Source: Myxococcota bacterium
GTDB taxonomy: Bacteria; Myxococcota_A; Polyangia; Nannocystales; Nannocystaceae
Assembly (NCBI GenBank): GCA_039028615.1
Contig: JBCCHT010000011.1
Coordinates: forward strand, 128,001 to 192,000
Direction: 5' to 3'
Length of the DNA stretch: 64,000 nucleotides
Under the pieces are notes generated by a model, which did not search any database, was not told the origin of the DNA, and saw only the letters and a program-made list of their open reading frames with translations. This document shows, one piece after another, positions 30,557 through 43,533 of this stretch; the stretch's first letter is position 1, and every line of letters starts with the position of its first letter. The position numbers and the translations under genes are program-made.

Positions 30557-31752
30557 ACCGCCAGACACAGCTGCTGTTCGGACTCATCGCGACCGTTTTC
30601 GTCACGCTGGCGCTCGCTTGGGTCACGGTGCAGGCCCTCGTGTTCCGCCCCGCGATCGGACAGCGGGAGCGAGCGCGGACCCACCAGGTACTGGACGCCG
30701 CCGAGCTCATGCGCTCCGGGATGAGCAAGCCGGAGATCGAGGCGAGTCGCGGCATCGATCTCCGGGTGTACCTCGGGCAGCCCGACGGGCCTCCACCCGG
30801 GGATGGGTGGGTCCGGCAGGACACCGAACGAGGCACCATCTGGAAGCGCACGGGCGGCAAGTACGAGATCGCCGCGTGGACGGGTCGGACCTGGGTGGTG
30901 ATCGAAGAGGACCTCCCCTATGGCACCACCTTCGCGGTAGCCCTCATCGCCGGCGGTATCCCGGTGATCCTCTTGATGTTGGGTCTCAGCCATCGGGCCA
31001 ATCGTCATCAACACCGAGCCGAACAGAGCTTGGCTCGGATCGCAGAGGGTAACCTCGCGGAACGGCTCGACGAGCACGCGGGTAACCGGGAGGTTCGCCG
31101 GGTCGCCGTGGCCGTCAACCAGATGGCCGCCCAGCTACAAGCGCTCATCGAATCCGAGCGCCACCAGATGGCGGGGCTCTCCCACGAGCTGCGCACGCCG
31201 CTGACGCGGATTCGCCTCGAGCTCGAGCTCGCCAGACGTGAAGGAGGGCCCACCAAGCGCCTCGATCGAGTGGAGCGAGACATCGAGGGTTTCGACGCCA
31301 TGTTGACCGAGATGCTCGATCTGTCGCGATTGAAGGTGGTCGGCAAGCCCCTGTTGAAACGCGAGGCCATCGCCCTGGAGCACCTGGCCCAGGACGTCGT
31401 CGGCGAGGCGTCGGGTGAGGTCGAGATTCTGGGGACGGGCACCGCCACGGTCGACCCGACGTTGGTGGCCCGCCTCATCCGCAATCTACTTCGCAACAGT
31501 GCACAGCACGCGGCGTCGAGCCGGCGATGGATTGAGGTCGCGGACGACACCCTCCGTGTCGGCGACGATGGTCCAGGGATCGCCCCAGACCAGCACACCA
31601 CTGCGCTCGAGGCGTTCCAACGCGGCGACTCTTCAACCGGGCACGGGCTCGGGTTGGCGATCGTCGCCGCGATCGCAGCGCTTCACGACGGGTCGGTATC
31701 CCTCTCCGAGCCGCCCGGGCTCGTCGTCACGGTCTGCTTCGGGCCTTCCTGA
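30553..31752 (+). CDS. HAMP sensor histidine kinase
   Basis: Two TM segments, HAMP, SHELRTPL, NLLRN, DDGPGI, GHGLGLAIV; TTG start overlaps the regulator stop codon. Confidence 0.93.
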   Translation: MNRQTQLLFGLIATVFVTLALAWVTVQALVFRPAIGQRERARTHQVLDAAELMRSGMSKPEIEASRGIDLRVYLGQPDGPPPGDGWVRQDTERGTIWKRTGGKYEIAAWTGRTWVVIEEDLPYGTTFAVALIAGGIPVILLMLGLSHRANRHQHRAEQSLARIAEGNLAERLDEHAGNREVRRVAVAVNQMAAQLQALIESERHQMAGLSHELRTPLTRIRLELELARREGGPTKRLDRVERDIEGFDAMLTEMLDLSRLKVVGKPLLKREAIALEHLAQDVVGEASGEVEILGTGTATVDPTLVARLIRNLLRNSAQHAASSRRWIEVADDTLRVGDDGPGIAPDQHTTALEAFQRGDSSTGHGLGLAIVAAIAALHDGSVSLSEPPGLVVTVCFGPS

Positions 31753-31913
31753 TGCCGCCTTTGAACACGCCGACTCTCCCCTCTCGCGTGTTCGGCAGTG
31801 CGGCATCGTGCCTACGGAGAGCAGTCTCGATGGAGTTTTGCTCCTCGAGGGGTGCAATGGACGGACCGGTTGGTGCGTTGAGGCCGTGCGACGGGGAGGG
31901 CTTCGGGCGGCGG

Positions 31914-33464
31914 ATGACGATTTCACCTAGGTGGGGGTCTGCGGTGGGATCGTGGTCGCGCTTGCTGTGGGCTGTGTGCGGCCTGCTGTTGGTGGGCTGC
32001 GCTTCGACGCGGGGCACGGCTCGGCGAGGTGACCTCTCCGCGTCGGTCTCGGGGAGGGTGGAGGTGGGGTGGCCCGAGGAGATGCCGCTGGAGTCTTGGG
32101 TGCCTTGTGTCGGGGTGAACGATCGGTGGGACGAGCCGGGGGTGCTGTTCGTGTATGCGCGCGAGGGCGGGTTCGTGCTGCACGCGGGGAGCCTCGAGAC
32201 GCGAAGGGAAGTGAGCAACACGTGGAAGGACGAGGAAGGACGGCACGGGTTCTACACGTGGCCGGTGTTCGGCACGGAGGAGGAGAGCTGGCTGGGCGTG
32301 GACTATGTGCTTCCGTCGTCGGGCCGAGGGCAATCGCGCTGGTACGAGGAGCAGCCGGGGCGGCCGTGGCAAGTAGTGCAGCGCGGAAATGCGGTGGCGC
32401 CAGTGATGCAACCGCTCGAGACGTCCTGCTGGGAGCGTGAATCGAGGACTCGTACGGAGGAGCGTTACCAAGAGCACCTGGCGTATGTCGCCCGCACGCT
32501 CGACGAGGCGCCTCGCGAACTCGTTCGGAAGCGCCGGGCGCCTTGGTATCGGGGGGCGCCCGCGGAGACTTGGTTTCTGTGCCGCGAATGGGATCACTGG
32601 CCTCCTCCGGCGCCGGACTGGATGTACCTGTATCGAACGAAGGAAGGCTGGGAGCTTCACGAGCAGTTCGGGCGGCGGAGGATCCGGCGGACGAATCACT
32701 GGGAGGACGAATCCGGCCTGCATTTCTTCTACGTCACGAAGACGTTCGAGAGTCGAGCGGGGATCGAGGTTGTGATTCGAGGGAACGGGTCGGGGGTCAT
32801 TTTCTGGTACGAGGATGCGGAAGACAACTGGCGCTTGGTCGAAGACGACGGTGTCGTAAAACCGGAGATGATCGCGAAAGAGACGGAGTGTCTGTCGCGG
32901 GTGGATGCATCGCTCAACGAACAGAGCCCGCAGCCACCTCCGCGCGGCATCCGAAGGCCGCTGGCTCGAGGGAGAGCCGCGACGCTCGTTGGGGCGGTGA
33001 ACAACCAGGTGGTGGTGTTCCCCCAAGCACCGCGCCAAGTCGCGTATGGGCTCGATGTGATCACGGGTCTGCGTCGGAAGCTCCATGGGCGTCGGCACGA
33101 CGTGTACTTGGCGGGGCTCCACGTGGGGTACGGGTTACTGACGAACGCCTCCCTGCGAGGGCATGCGGCGGTGATGGGTCCGAAGCTCGGGTTCGGCTCG
33201 GGCTGGGTGATGGGGACGTATTCGCCGATGTTCGTGGCCGGCACGGAGAGGGCACGCGTGGGCGATGCGGCGGCGCTGGGGCGTCGGCGGCAGCTGGGGT
33301 TTCGGCACTCGATCGGGTTCGGGCTCGGGCCCGACGTGCTGTCGTTCGAGGTGCAGCACGGGATGACGTGGCTCGGTCGAAGCGACGTGCCTCGGCATGA
33401 GATTCGAGCGGGGGTGTGGCTCGACGTCATCGAAGGCGTGCAGTGGGTGATGGAGCGGCGGTGA
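31914..33464 (+). CDS. Hypothetical lipoprotein with internally duplicated domain
   Basis: Lipobox LVGC; two similar ~110-aa Trp-rich units; beta-strand-rich C-terminus. Start is uncertain. Confidence 0.6.
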   Translation: MTISPRWGSAVGSWSRLLWAVCGLLLVGCASTRGTARRGDLSASVSGRVEVGWPEEMPLESWVPCVGVNDRWDEPGVLFVYAREGGFVLHAGSLETRREVSNTWKDEEGRHGFYTWPVFGTEEESWLGVDYVLPSSGRGQSRWYEEQPGRPWQVVQRGNAVAPVMQPLETSCWERESRTRTEERYQEHLAYVARTLDEAPRELVRKRRAPWYRGAPAETWFLCREWDHWPPPAPDWMYLYRTKEGWELHEQFGRRRIRRTNHWEDESGLHFFYVTKTFESRAGIEVVIRGNGSGVIFWYEDAEDNWRLVEDDGVVKPEMIAKETECLSRVDASLNEQSPQPPPRGIRRPLARGRAATLVGAVNNQVVVFPQAPRQVAYGLDVITGLRRKLHGRRHDVYLAGLHVGYGLLTNASLRGHAAVMGPKLGFGSGWVMGTYSPMFVAGTERARVGDAAALGRRRQLGFRHSIGFGLGPDVLSFEVQHGMTWLGRSDVPRHEIRAGVWLDVIEGVQWVMERR

Positions 33465-33494
33465 GAAATCGGCGAGACTGATGCCGAGACCGCC

Positions 33495-34889
33495 GTGCTG
33501 CTGACGATCACCACCACCCACGCGCCCGCGACCGACCTGGGCTACCTGCTCGGCAAGAACCCGGCCCGCACGCAGAGCTTCGATCTGTCGTTCGGCCGGG
33601 CGCACGTGTACTACCCCGAGGCCGAGGACGACCGCTGTACGGCGGCGCTGCTGCTCGATGTGGACCCGGTGGGCCTGGTCCGACGCCCTCGGGGTGACGA
33701 GGGCTTTGCGCTGTCGCAGTACACGAACGACAGGCCCTACGTGGCGTCGTCGTTCCTCAGCGTGGCGATTGGTCGGGTGTTCGGGCAGGCGCTGGGCGGT
33801 CGGAGTCGCGAGCGACAGCCCCTGGCCGACGAGGCGATCCCGCTGGAGGCTCGCCTGGCGGTCCTGCCCACCCGCGGGGGAGACACGCTGCTGCGGGCGC
33901 TGTTCGAGCCGCTGGGGTACACGCTGGAGATCGAGCGCCACGAGCTCGACCCCGACTTTCCACACTGGGGCGACAGCATCTATTGCACGGTGACGCTCCG
34001 CGGAACGCTTCGCCTGCAGGACCTGCTGCGGCACCTCACCGTGCTCATCCCGGTGCTCGACGACAACAAGCACTACTGGGTCGGGCGCGAGGAGATCGAG
34101 AAGCTGCTCACGCGCGGCGAGGGATGGCTGGCGACACACCCCGAGCGGGAGCAGATCGCCCAGCGCTACCTCAAGCACCGCCGCTCGCTGGCCCGCGAGG
34201 CGATGCAGCGCCTGGCGGACGAGGACGAGCCGGAGCTGCAGGCCGCCGACGAACGCAAGGGTCGCGAAGAGGAACAGCTGGAGCGACCGCTGTCGCTCAA
34301 CGATCAGCGCATGCAGGCGGTGCTGTCGGCATTGCGCCGCAACGGGGTCCGTCGCGTGGTGGACGTGGGCTGCGGCGAGGGCAAGCTGTTGCGGCACTTC
34401 GTGCGCGACAAGACCTTCGAGCGCATCGTGGGCATGGATGTGTCGATGAGCTCGCTCGAGCGAGCGAAGGCTCGCCTGCACATGGACGAGTTCGGCGAGC
34501 GACAAAAGGCCCGCATCGAGCTGTTCCAAGGGTCGCTGACGTACCGAGACGAACGCCTGGCGCACTTCGATGGGGCGTGCGCGGTGGAGGTGATCGAGCA
34601 CATCGAACCAACGCGGCTGTCGGCGTTCGAGCATGCGCTCTTCGAGGCGGCGCGCCCGGGGTGCGTGGTGGTGACGACGCCGAACGTGGAATACAACGCG
34701 AAGTTCGAGTCGCTGCCCGCGGGCAAGATGCGGCACCGGGATCACCGCTTCGAGTGGACACGCGCGCAGTTCGAGGCGTGGGCCCGCGACGTCGCCCGGC
34801 GGCACGGCTACGAGGTGGACTTCGAGCCCATCGGTCCCGTCGATCCGCAGCTCGGTGCGCCGACGCAGATGGGGGTGTTCTCGCGATGA
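33495..34889 (+). CDS. hen1: 3'-terminal RNA ribose 2'-O-methyltransferase Hen1
   Basis: MLLTITTTHAPATDLGYLL.K.P, QYTNDRPY, KHYWVG, DVGCGEG, EVIEH, TTPN.EYN, RH.DHRFEWTR. Confidence 0.97.
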   Translation: MLLTITTTHAPATDLGYLLGKNPARTQSFDLSFGRAHVYYPEAEDDRCTAALLLDVDPVGLVRRPRGDEGFALSQYTNDRPYVASSFLSVAIGRVFGQALGGRSRERQPLADEAIPLEARLAVLPTRGGDTLLRALFEPLGYTLEIERHELDPDFPHWGDSIYCTVTLRGTLRLQDLLRHLTVLIPVLDDNKHYWVGREEIEKLLTRGEGWLATHPEREQIAQRYLKHRRSLAREAMQRLADEDEPELQAADERKGREEEQLERPLSLNDQRMQAVLSALRRNGVRRVVDVGCGEGKLLRHFVRDKTFERIVGMDVSMSSLERAKARLHMDEFGERQKARIELFQGSLTYRDERLAHFDGACAVEVIEHIEPTRLSAFEHALFEAARPGCVVVTTPNVEYNAKFESLPAGKMRHRDHRFEWTRAQFEAWARDVARRHGYEVDFEPIGPVDPQLGAPTQMGVFSR

Positions 34890-37426
34890 CTACCAAGACC
34901 GAACTCGAGCTCCCCGAGCTGTGCCTGGTCGTCCTGGTGGGCGTGTCGGGGGCGGGCAAGTCCACATTCGCGCGCAAGCACTTCCGGCCCACCGAGGTGA
35001 TCTCGTCCGACTTCTGCCGCGGCCTCGTGTCCGACGACGAGAACGATCAGAACGCGTCGGGCGATGCATTCGCGGTGCTGAACTACATCGCGAGCAAGCG
35101 CCTGGCCCGGGGTCGCCTGACGGTGATCGACGCGACGAGCGTGCAGTCGGAGGCGCGCAAGAGCCTGGTGCAGCTGGCCCGGCAGCACGACTGCCTGGCG
35201 GTGGCCATCGTGCTCAATGTGCCGCCCAAGACGGCGAGCACCCGCAACGAGGCCCGACCCGACCGCAACTTCGGCGCCCGCGTGGTCCGGCAGCAGCACA
35301 GCCAGCTCCGCAAGGGCCTGCGCGGCATGAAGCGAGAGGGCTTCTCGCGGGTGCACATTCTCGACTCGGAGGAGGAGATCGACGCGGTCACCATCACCCG
35401 TCGCGCGCTGTGGAACGACAAGCGCACGGAGACGGGGCCCTTCGACATCATCGGGGACGTGCACGGCTGCTACGCCGAGCTTCGCGAGCTGCTCGAGCGG
35501 CTCGGCTACGGGCTCTCCGGGACTCGCGAAGAGCCCGTGGTCACGCCACCGCCGGGGCGCAAGGCGCTGTTCCTGGGCGACTTGGTCGACCGCGGCCCGG
35601 ACTCGCCGGGTGTGCTGCGGCTGGCGATGTCGATGGTGGAGGCGGGCACGGCGATCTGCATTCCCGGCAACCACGAGGTGAAGCTGGTCCGAACGCTCCG
35701 CGGCAAGAACGTCAAGCTGACCCATGGCCTGGCGGAGACGATGGAGCAGATGTCGCGCGAGCCCAAAGAGTTCGGCGAGCGCGTGGCCAAGTTCATCAAC
35801 GGACTGGTGAGCCACTACCTGCTCGACGACGGACGCCTGGTGGTCGCCCATGCCGGCCTGCGCGAGGAGTACCAAGGCCGGGCATCGGGGCGCGTGCGCT
35901 CGTTCTGCCTCTACGGCGAGACGACGGGCGAGACGGACGAGTTCGGCCTCCCGGTGCGCTACGACTGGGCGTCGGAGTATCGCGGGCGCGCGATGGTGGT
36001 GTACGGCCACACGCCGGTTCCCGAAGCGGAGTGGGTCAATCGCACGATCTGCATCGATACGGGCTGCGTGTTCGGGGGCAAGCTCACCGCGCTGCGCTAT
36101 CCCGAGCGCGAGCTGGTGCAGGTCGACGCGCAGCAGATGTACTACGAGCCGATCCGGCCGCTGGCGAAGGCGGACGATGAGCGGCCCGAGCACGTGCTCG
36201 ACATCGCGGACGTCACGGGCAAGACGATCGTCGACACCCGGGTGCGGCACACGGTGACGATCCGCGAGGAAAATGCCGTGGCTGCGCTCGAGGTCATGAG
36301 CCGCTTCGCCGTCGATCCGCGCTGGCTCATCTACCTGCCGCCCACGATGTCTCCGGCGGAGACGGCCCCCTCGGAGGTCCCGCTGCTGGAGCGCCCCACC
36401 GAAGCCCTCGCGTACTTCGCCTCGAACGGGGTCGAGCGCGTCGTGTGCGAAGAAAAGCACATGGGGTCGCGCGCGGTGATGGTGGTGGCCCGCAGCGTCG
36501 ACGCAGCCCAGGCGAGGTTCGGGGTCGGCGATGGCAAGCAGGGCGTCATCTACACCCGCACGGGACGAGGCTTCTTCTCCCGCGACGAGCTCGAGGCGCA
36601 GCTGGTGAAGCGCGTGGCGGCGGCCTTCGAGGCGGCCGAGCTGTGGGAGGAGCTGGACACGGACTGGGTGTGCCTGGATACCGAGCTGATGCCGTGGTCG
36701 CTCAAGGCGGTGGAGCTGCTGCGCACGCAGTACGCGGCGGTGGGTGCCTCGGCCAAGGCGGCGCTGAACGAAGTGGTGGCGAGCCTCGAAGCGGCCCAAG
36801 ACCGCGGTGCGAGCGAGCTGCTCGAGCGCTTCTCGGCCCGCCGCCAGATGGTGGAGGGCTACTCGGCGGCGTGGCGGCGCTACTGCTGGTCCACCGAGGA
36901 CATCGCCGACGTGAAGCTGGCCCCGTTTCACCTCCTGGCCACGGAAGGTCGAACGCACTTCGATCGCTCGCACGTGTGGCACATGGACACGCTGGCTCGG
37001 CTGGCCGAGCACGAGCCCACGCTCGTCGCCACGCCCTACGAGGTCATCGAGCTTCAGGACGACGCGGCCCGGGCGAAGGCCATCGCGTGGTGGGAGGGGC
37101 TGACGAGCAAGGGCGGCGAGGGCATGGTGATCAAGCCGGAGCACTGGATCGTCCGCGGCAAGCGAGGCCTCGTTCAGCCTGCGCTCAAGTGCCGCGGCGC
37201 CGAGTATCTGCGGATCATCTACGGCCCCGAGTACAGCGCCCCGGACAACATCGATCGCCTGCGGGCGCGCGGGCTCTCCACCAAGCGGAGCCTGGCGCTG
37301 CGGGAGTTCGCGCTGGGCCTCGAGGGCCTGTATCGCTTCGTCGAGCGCGAGCCGCTGTGGCGCGTGCACGAGTGCGTGTTCGGGGTGCTGGCCCTCGAGA
37401 GCGAGCCCGTCGACCCGCGGCTATGA
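34886..37426 (+). CDS. pnkp: Polynucleotide kinase-phosphatase-ligase Pnkp
   Basis: Kinase GVSGAGKS; phosphatase GDVHG/GDLVDRG/GNHE; ligase EEKHMGSR, EGMVIKP, LALESEPVDPRL; ATGA overlap with hen1. Confidence 0.97.
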   Translation: MTTKTELELPELCLVVLVGVSGAGKSTFARKHFRPTEVISSDFCRGLVSDDENDQNASGDAFAVLNYIASKRLARGRLTVIDATSVQSEARKSLVQLARQHDCLAVAIVLNVPPKTASTRNEARPDRNFGARVVRQQHSQLRKGLRGMKREGFSRVHILDSEEEIDAVTITRRALWNDKRTETGPFDIIGDVHGCYAELRELLERLGYGLSGTREEPVVTPPPGRKALFLGDLVDRGPDSPGVLRLAMSMVEAGTAICIPGNHEVKLVRTLRGKNVKLTHGLAETMEQMSREPKEFGERVAKFINGLVSHYLLDDGRLVVAHAGLREEYQGRASGRVRSFCLYGETTGETDEFGLPVRYDWASEYRGRAMVVYGHTPVPEAEWVNRTICIDTGCVFGGKLTALRYPERELVQVDAQQMYYEPIRPLAKADDERPEHVLDIADVTGKTIVDTRVRHTVTIREENAVAALEVMSRFAVDPRWLIYLPPTMSPAETAPSEVPLLERPTEALAYFASNGVERVVCEEKHMGSRAVMVVARSVDAAQARFGVGDGKQGVIYTRTGRGFFSRDELEAQLVKRVAAAFEAAELWEELDTDWVCLDTELMPWSLKAVELLRTQYAAVGASAKAALNEVVASLEAAQDRGASELLERFSARRQMVEGYSAAWRRYCWSTEDIADVKLAPFHLLATEGRTHFDRSHVWHMDTLARLAEHEPTLVATPYEVIELQDDAARAKAIAWWEGLTSKGGEGMVIKPEHWIVRGKRGLVQPALKCRGAEYLRIIYGPEYSAPDNIDRLRARGLSTKRSLALREFALGLEGLYRFVEREPLWRVHECVFGVLALESEPVDPRL

Positions 37427-37454
37427 CCCGCAGGCCGAGGCCGGGACCTCCACC

Positions 37455-38276
37455 TCAGTAGGTGGTGGGCACGACGTGCACGGTGGCGCTGAAGGGCTCG
37501 TTGCCCATCTCGTCGTGAAACCACACGTTGGCCTTGCGACCGCCCGCGCGCACGTGCAGGTAGCTCAACGAGCGCGCGACCGAGTCGACATACTCGATGC
37601 GGAAGCCGTTGAGCAGCACCGGTGAAGTGTTTCCGGCCAGCTCGTTCCAGACGAGCTCGACGCGCGGGTTCGAGGGGTCGCTGACGCCGGTCGCCGACAG
37701 CACGTCGCCGCCGTTGACCTCGTTTTCGGGGATATACGAGTACTGAACGGTGGCGTCGTAGGAGAACTCTTCGTCGCCGTCGAGCTCCACCCAGATGTGC
37801 CCGGACTCGGGATCGGGCTCGATCGCGATGGTATGGACCTGGTGCTCGAGACCGTCGTGCGACTCGAACAGAAAACCCGCGAGCACGAGCACCTGGCCGG
37901 ACGGCGGCACGGGAATGCCCAGCTCGCACACGTCGGTGCACTCTTCGCGATGCACGGTGTGGACCTCGCCCGCCCCGGGCGCGGGGTAGTGTTTGACGTC
38001 GTAGCTGTAGGGCGCGGGCGTCTCGCTGGACAGCCAATTGTGCGAGGCCTGCAAGCCCACGAGGTGACCGATCCGAAGCCAATCGTACTCGCCGTCGTCG
38101 TAGTCGAAGTAGAAGTTCATGAACCCCAGCGACTGCGTGTTGTCGAAGGAGAAGCCGAGAGTGTCGGAGCCCACGGCATCGCCTCCTCGTCGCAGCGAGG
38201 GGCCTTGGTCGGCCGCCGCGACGGACGAGAGGGTGATGAGGGCGGGGAGAGACAGGACAGTGAGGAGCCGTTTCAT
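37455..38276 (-). CDS. Secreted hypothetical protein
   Basis: Sec signal peptide (MKRLL..AAA) and an acidic beta-rich mature domain. Confidence 0.75.
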   Translation of the reverse strand: MKRLLTVLSLPALITLSSVAAADQGPSLRRGGDAVGSDTLGFSFDNTQSLGFMNFYFDYDDGEYDWLRIGHLVGLQASHNWLSSETPAPYSYDVKHYPAPGAGEVHTVHREECTDVCELGIPVPPSGQVLVLAGFLFESHDGLEHQVHTIAIEPDPESGHIWVELDGDEEFSYDATVQYSYIPENEVNGGDVLSATGVSDPSNPRVELVWNELAGNTSPVLLNGFRIEYVDSVARSLSYLHVRAGGRKANVWFHDEMGNEPFSATVHVVPTTY

Positions 38277-38345
38277 GGTTCGAGCACTACGGTTCCCGCC
38301 CCTCTCCCCGCGTTCCCGCTTTGAACGAAAAAAGTGTTCGTCGTT

Positions 38346-38945
38346 CTAGATTCGCTCGCCGAGGCCGGTCACGGCCCGATCCATCGCGGCTTCGTCCTGC
38401 GTCCCGTCTTCTTCGAGGGCCTTGGCCAGCGCCTTACGGGCACGAAATAGCCGCGTGCGCACGGTGGTGGGCTCGATCTCGAGGATCTCGGCGAGTTCGT
38501 CGTTGGGAACCTCTTCCCAGTAGCTCAGCTCGATGATCTCCTGAAAGTGCAGCGGGATCCGCTGTAGGGCCAGCCGTACGCGCTCCTGGTCGCGCTCGAT
38601 CATCATCACGGTACCGGGGGTCACCCCGAGCTCGGCGACCGAGGACACGCGGTAGTCGAGCACTCGTTTCGAGTCCCGTCGAGCGAAGTCGCGGTGGTAT
38701 CGAAGCAGGACGTTGCGCGCGATGCTGAAGATGAACACCCGAAACGGGGCACCCCCGCGGTAGCGATCGCGACTGGTCACCAGCCCAGTGAAGGTCTTCT
38801 GCAGCAGGTCGTCGACGTCGCGCTCGGGGACCTTGTTGAAGAAGAACCGACGGCAGGGCTTGAAGTAGCGCCGAAACAGGGCCGTGCCCGCGGCCTCGTC
38901 TCCGCGGCCCCACGCTTCGAGCAGCTCCTCGTCGGCTCGAGCCAT
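38346..38945 (-). CDS. ECF RNA polymerase sigma factor
   Basis: DEELLEAW.RGDEAAG, DVDDLLQKTF, FIFSIARN, ELAEILEIEPTTVRTRLFRAR. Confidence 0.92.
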   Translation of the reverse strand: MARADEELLEAWGRGDEAAGTALFRRYFKPCRRFFFNKVPERDVDDLLQKTFTGLVTSRDRYRGGAPFRVFIFSIARNVLLRYHRDFARRDSKRVLDYRVSSVAELGVTPGTVMMIERDQERVRLALQRIPLHFQEIIELSYWEEVPNDELAEILEIEPTTVRTRLFRARKALAKALEEDGTQDEAAMDRAVTGLGERI

Positions 38946-39034
38946 GCGCGTACAGTAGCAGAACGCTCTGCCGTCCCCGGGCCTCGGTCCCGAGGCCGGT
39001 GGAACGTTTTCGTGGTTGCGGGTACATCAGGAAG

Positions 39035-41730
<2,696 letters not shown>

Positions 41731-41734
<4 letters not shown>

Positions 41735-42285
41735 CGAAACAGCTCGGCCTGGTAAAAGCGCAGCTCTTCGATCGACTCGCGGATGTCGTCGAGCGCCCGG
41801 TGGGTGTCGAGCTTGGTGGGCGGCTTGAGCTGCGGGTGCCAGCGGCGGGCGAGCTCGCGGACCGAGGCGACGTCGATGAGCCGGTAGTGCAGGAAGTCGA
41901 ACAGCCGCGGCATGTAGTTGGCGATGAAGCGGCGGTCCTGGAACACCGAGGTGCCGCACAGCGGCGACTGCTGGGGCTCGGTCCACTGCTGCACGAACTC
42001 GAGGGTGAGGCGCTCGGCTTCGGCTTCGTCGAGGGTGGAGGCGCGGACCTGCTCGGTGAGGCCGCTGTCGCCGTGGTGCCGGGTGCACCACTCGTCCATG
42101 GCGTCGAGCACTTCGTCGGGCTGGTGCACGACGAGGTCGGGGCCCTCGGCCAGGACCTTCAGGTCACCGTCGGTGATGATGGTGGCGATCTCGAGGATCC
42201 GACAGCATTCGGGATCGAGGCCCGACATCTCCATGTCGATCCAGATCAGCGGGGCGGGACCCTTCCCTGCGCTTCGCTCCGTCAC
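41731..42285 (-). CDS. orn: Oligoribonuclease
   Basis: [47 protein letters not shown]. Confidence 0.96.
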
Positions 42286-42303
42286 GCTACGAACCTTACA
42301 CGA

Positions 42304-43533
42304 TCACGGCACGCCGAGCAGGTCGCGGAGGGCCTCGGCGACCCAGGCCGGGTGATCGTAGCCCGCGGCGTCGCTGGTCTCGCGGGGAGCGACGACCCGC
42401 GCAACGACGTGCTCGACGGGATCGTGATCTTCGGCGGGCCGCTCGACGAGGTGCAGGTCGGCGACCTGGGGGCACGTTTCGCAGCGAGGCACCTTGCCCC
42501 CGCGCCCGGCGTAGGCCTTGGCGATGTCCTCGTAGCCGAGCTCGACGATGTCGTCGACCTCGACCGCGTAGCCCTCTCGATCGTACTCGCCGTCGCGCAC
42601 CATCCGGTAGGCGAGCCCGTAGAGCAGATGGGTCGCGGCCTCGAGCACCTTGGTGTCGCGGCGCAGGCCGTCGAGTTCGAGGTCGACGCTGCCGAAGCGA
42701 CGCATGCCCCGGGTGCTCAGCCGCACGAACTCGCGGCCGTTGCGAGGGTCGGGGAAGGGCACCACGACCACTTGGTCGGCGATGTTGCCCACGGTCGATT
42801 GCAGGCGCCGCGCGCTGAAGACCGGCTCGCCCACGGTCTCGGCGGTGTCGGGGTCGTGGATGAGCGCGCCCTGCTCTTGCGCGACGATGCGGACCAAGGT
42901 CTGCAGCAGGCGAAGACCACGAACCCCGTAGCGATTGCGGTAGTGGGCCCGCAGCACCAGGGCAAAGCGACGCTCGGGCAAGCTGGCGCGCTCTTCGGCC
43001 GACAGCGCCCGGGTGGAGATCGGGTCGCGCAGGACCTCGAGCGGGATCAAGGCCTCTTCACCCGCGGGGGCGAGCGGCAGCAAGGCGATGTGCAAGCCGA
43101 GCAGGTCGGCGTGGCGGATCTGCTGGCTCTCGGAGGGCTCGAGGCCGGGCTCGCTGGCGGCGGGGGCCGGGTCGCTGGCGATGAGCTCGAGCAGGAGCTT
43201 GGCTTCAGGCTCGTCGGCGGCGCCCTCGAGCTTGCGGGACACCAGGGCGGCCAGCTCTTCGCGGGTGGGCGCGGCGGTGGGCGACCCGGTGAGCAGCAAC
43301 AAGTAGGACTGGGTGGTGCGATCGGCGAACACCACGTGGTGCGCCGACTCGGCCCGAGCGTCTTCTTCGCTGGGCGCGACCGCGATGGGGGCCGGCTCGG
43401 GCACGGCGTCGGCCGAGTCTTGGGGCACGGTGGCGCTGGCTCCCCCGTCGTCCCGCTTGGCGGAACAGGCGCAGAGGGCCGCGGACAGGGCCCACAGGCC
43501 TACGGTGCGAAGAGCGGTGGTCGAGTGCGACAT
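42304..43533 (-). CDS. Hypothetical lipoprotein
   Basis: Lipobox LCAC; start overlaps the upstream stop; TRGMRRFGSVDLE segment. Confidence 0.75.
   Translation of the reverse strand: MSHSTTALRTVGLWALSAALCACSAKRDDGGASATVPQDSADAVPEPAPIAVAPSEEDARAESAHHVVFADRTTQSYLLLLTGSPTAAPTREELAALVSRKLEGAADEPEAKLLLELIASDPAPAASEPGLEPSESQQIRHADLLGLHIALLPLAPAGEEALIPLEVLRDPISTRALSAEERASLPERRFALVLRAHYRNRYGVRGLRLLQTLVRIVAQEQGALIHDPDTAETVGEPVFSARRLQSTVGNIADQVVVVPFPDPRNGREFVRLSTRGMRRFGSVDLELDGLRRDTKVLEAATHLLYGLAYRMVRDGEYDREGYAVEVDDIVELGYEDIAKAYAGRGGKVPRCETCPQVADLHLVERPAEDHDPVEHVVARVVAPRETSDAAGYDHPAWVAEALRDLLGVP

Noticed and set aside
33983..34885. N-terminal extension of Pnkp
   Set aside because: It overlaps hen1 in another frame; the ATGA-coupled start at 34886 fits the family.
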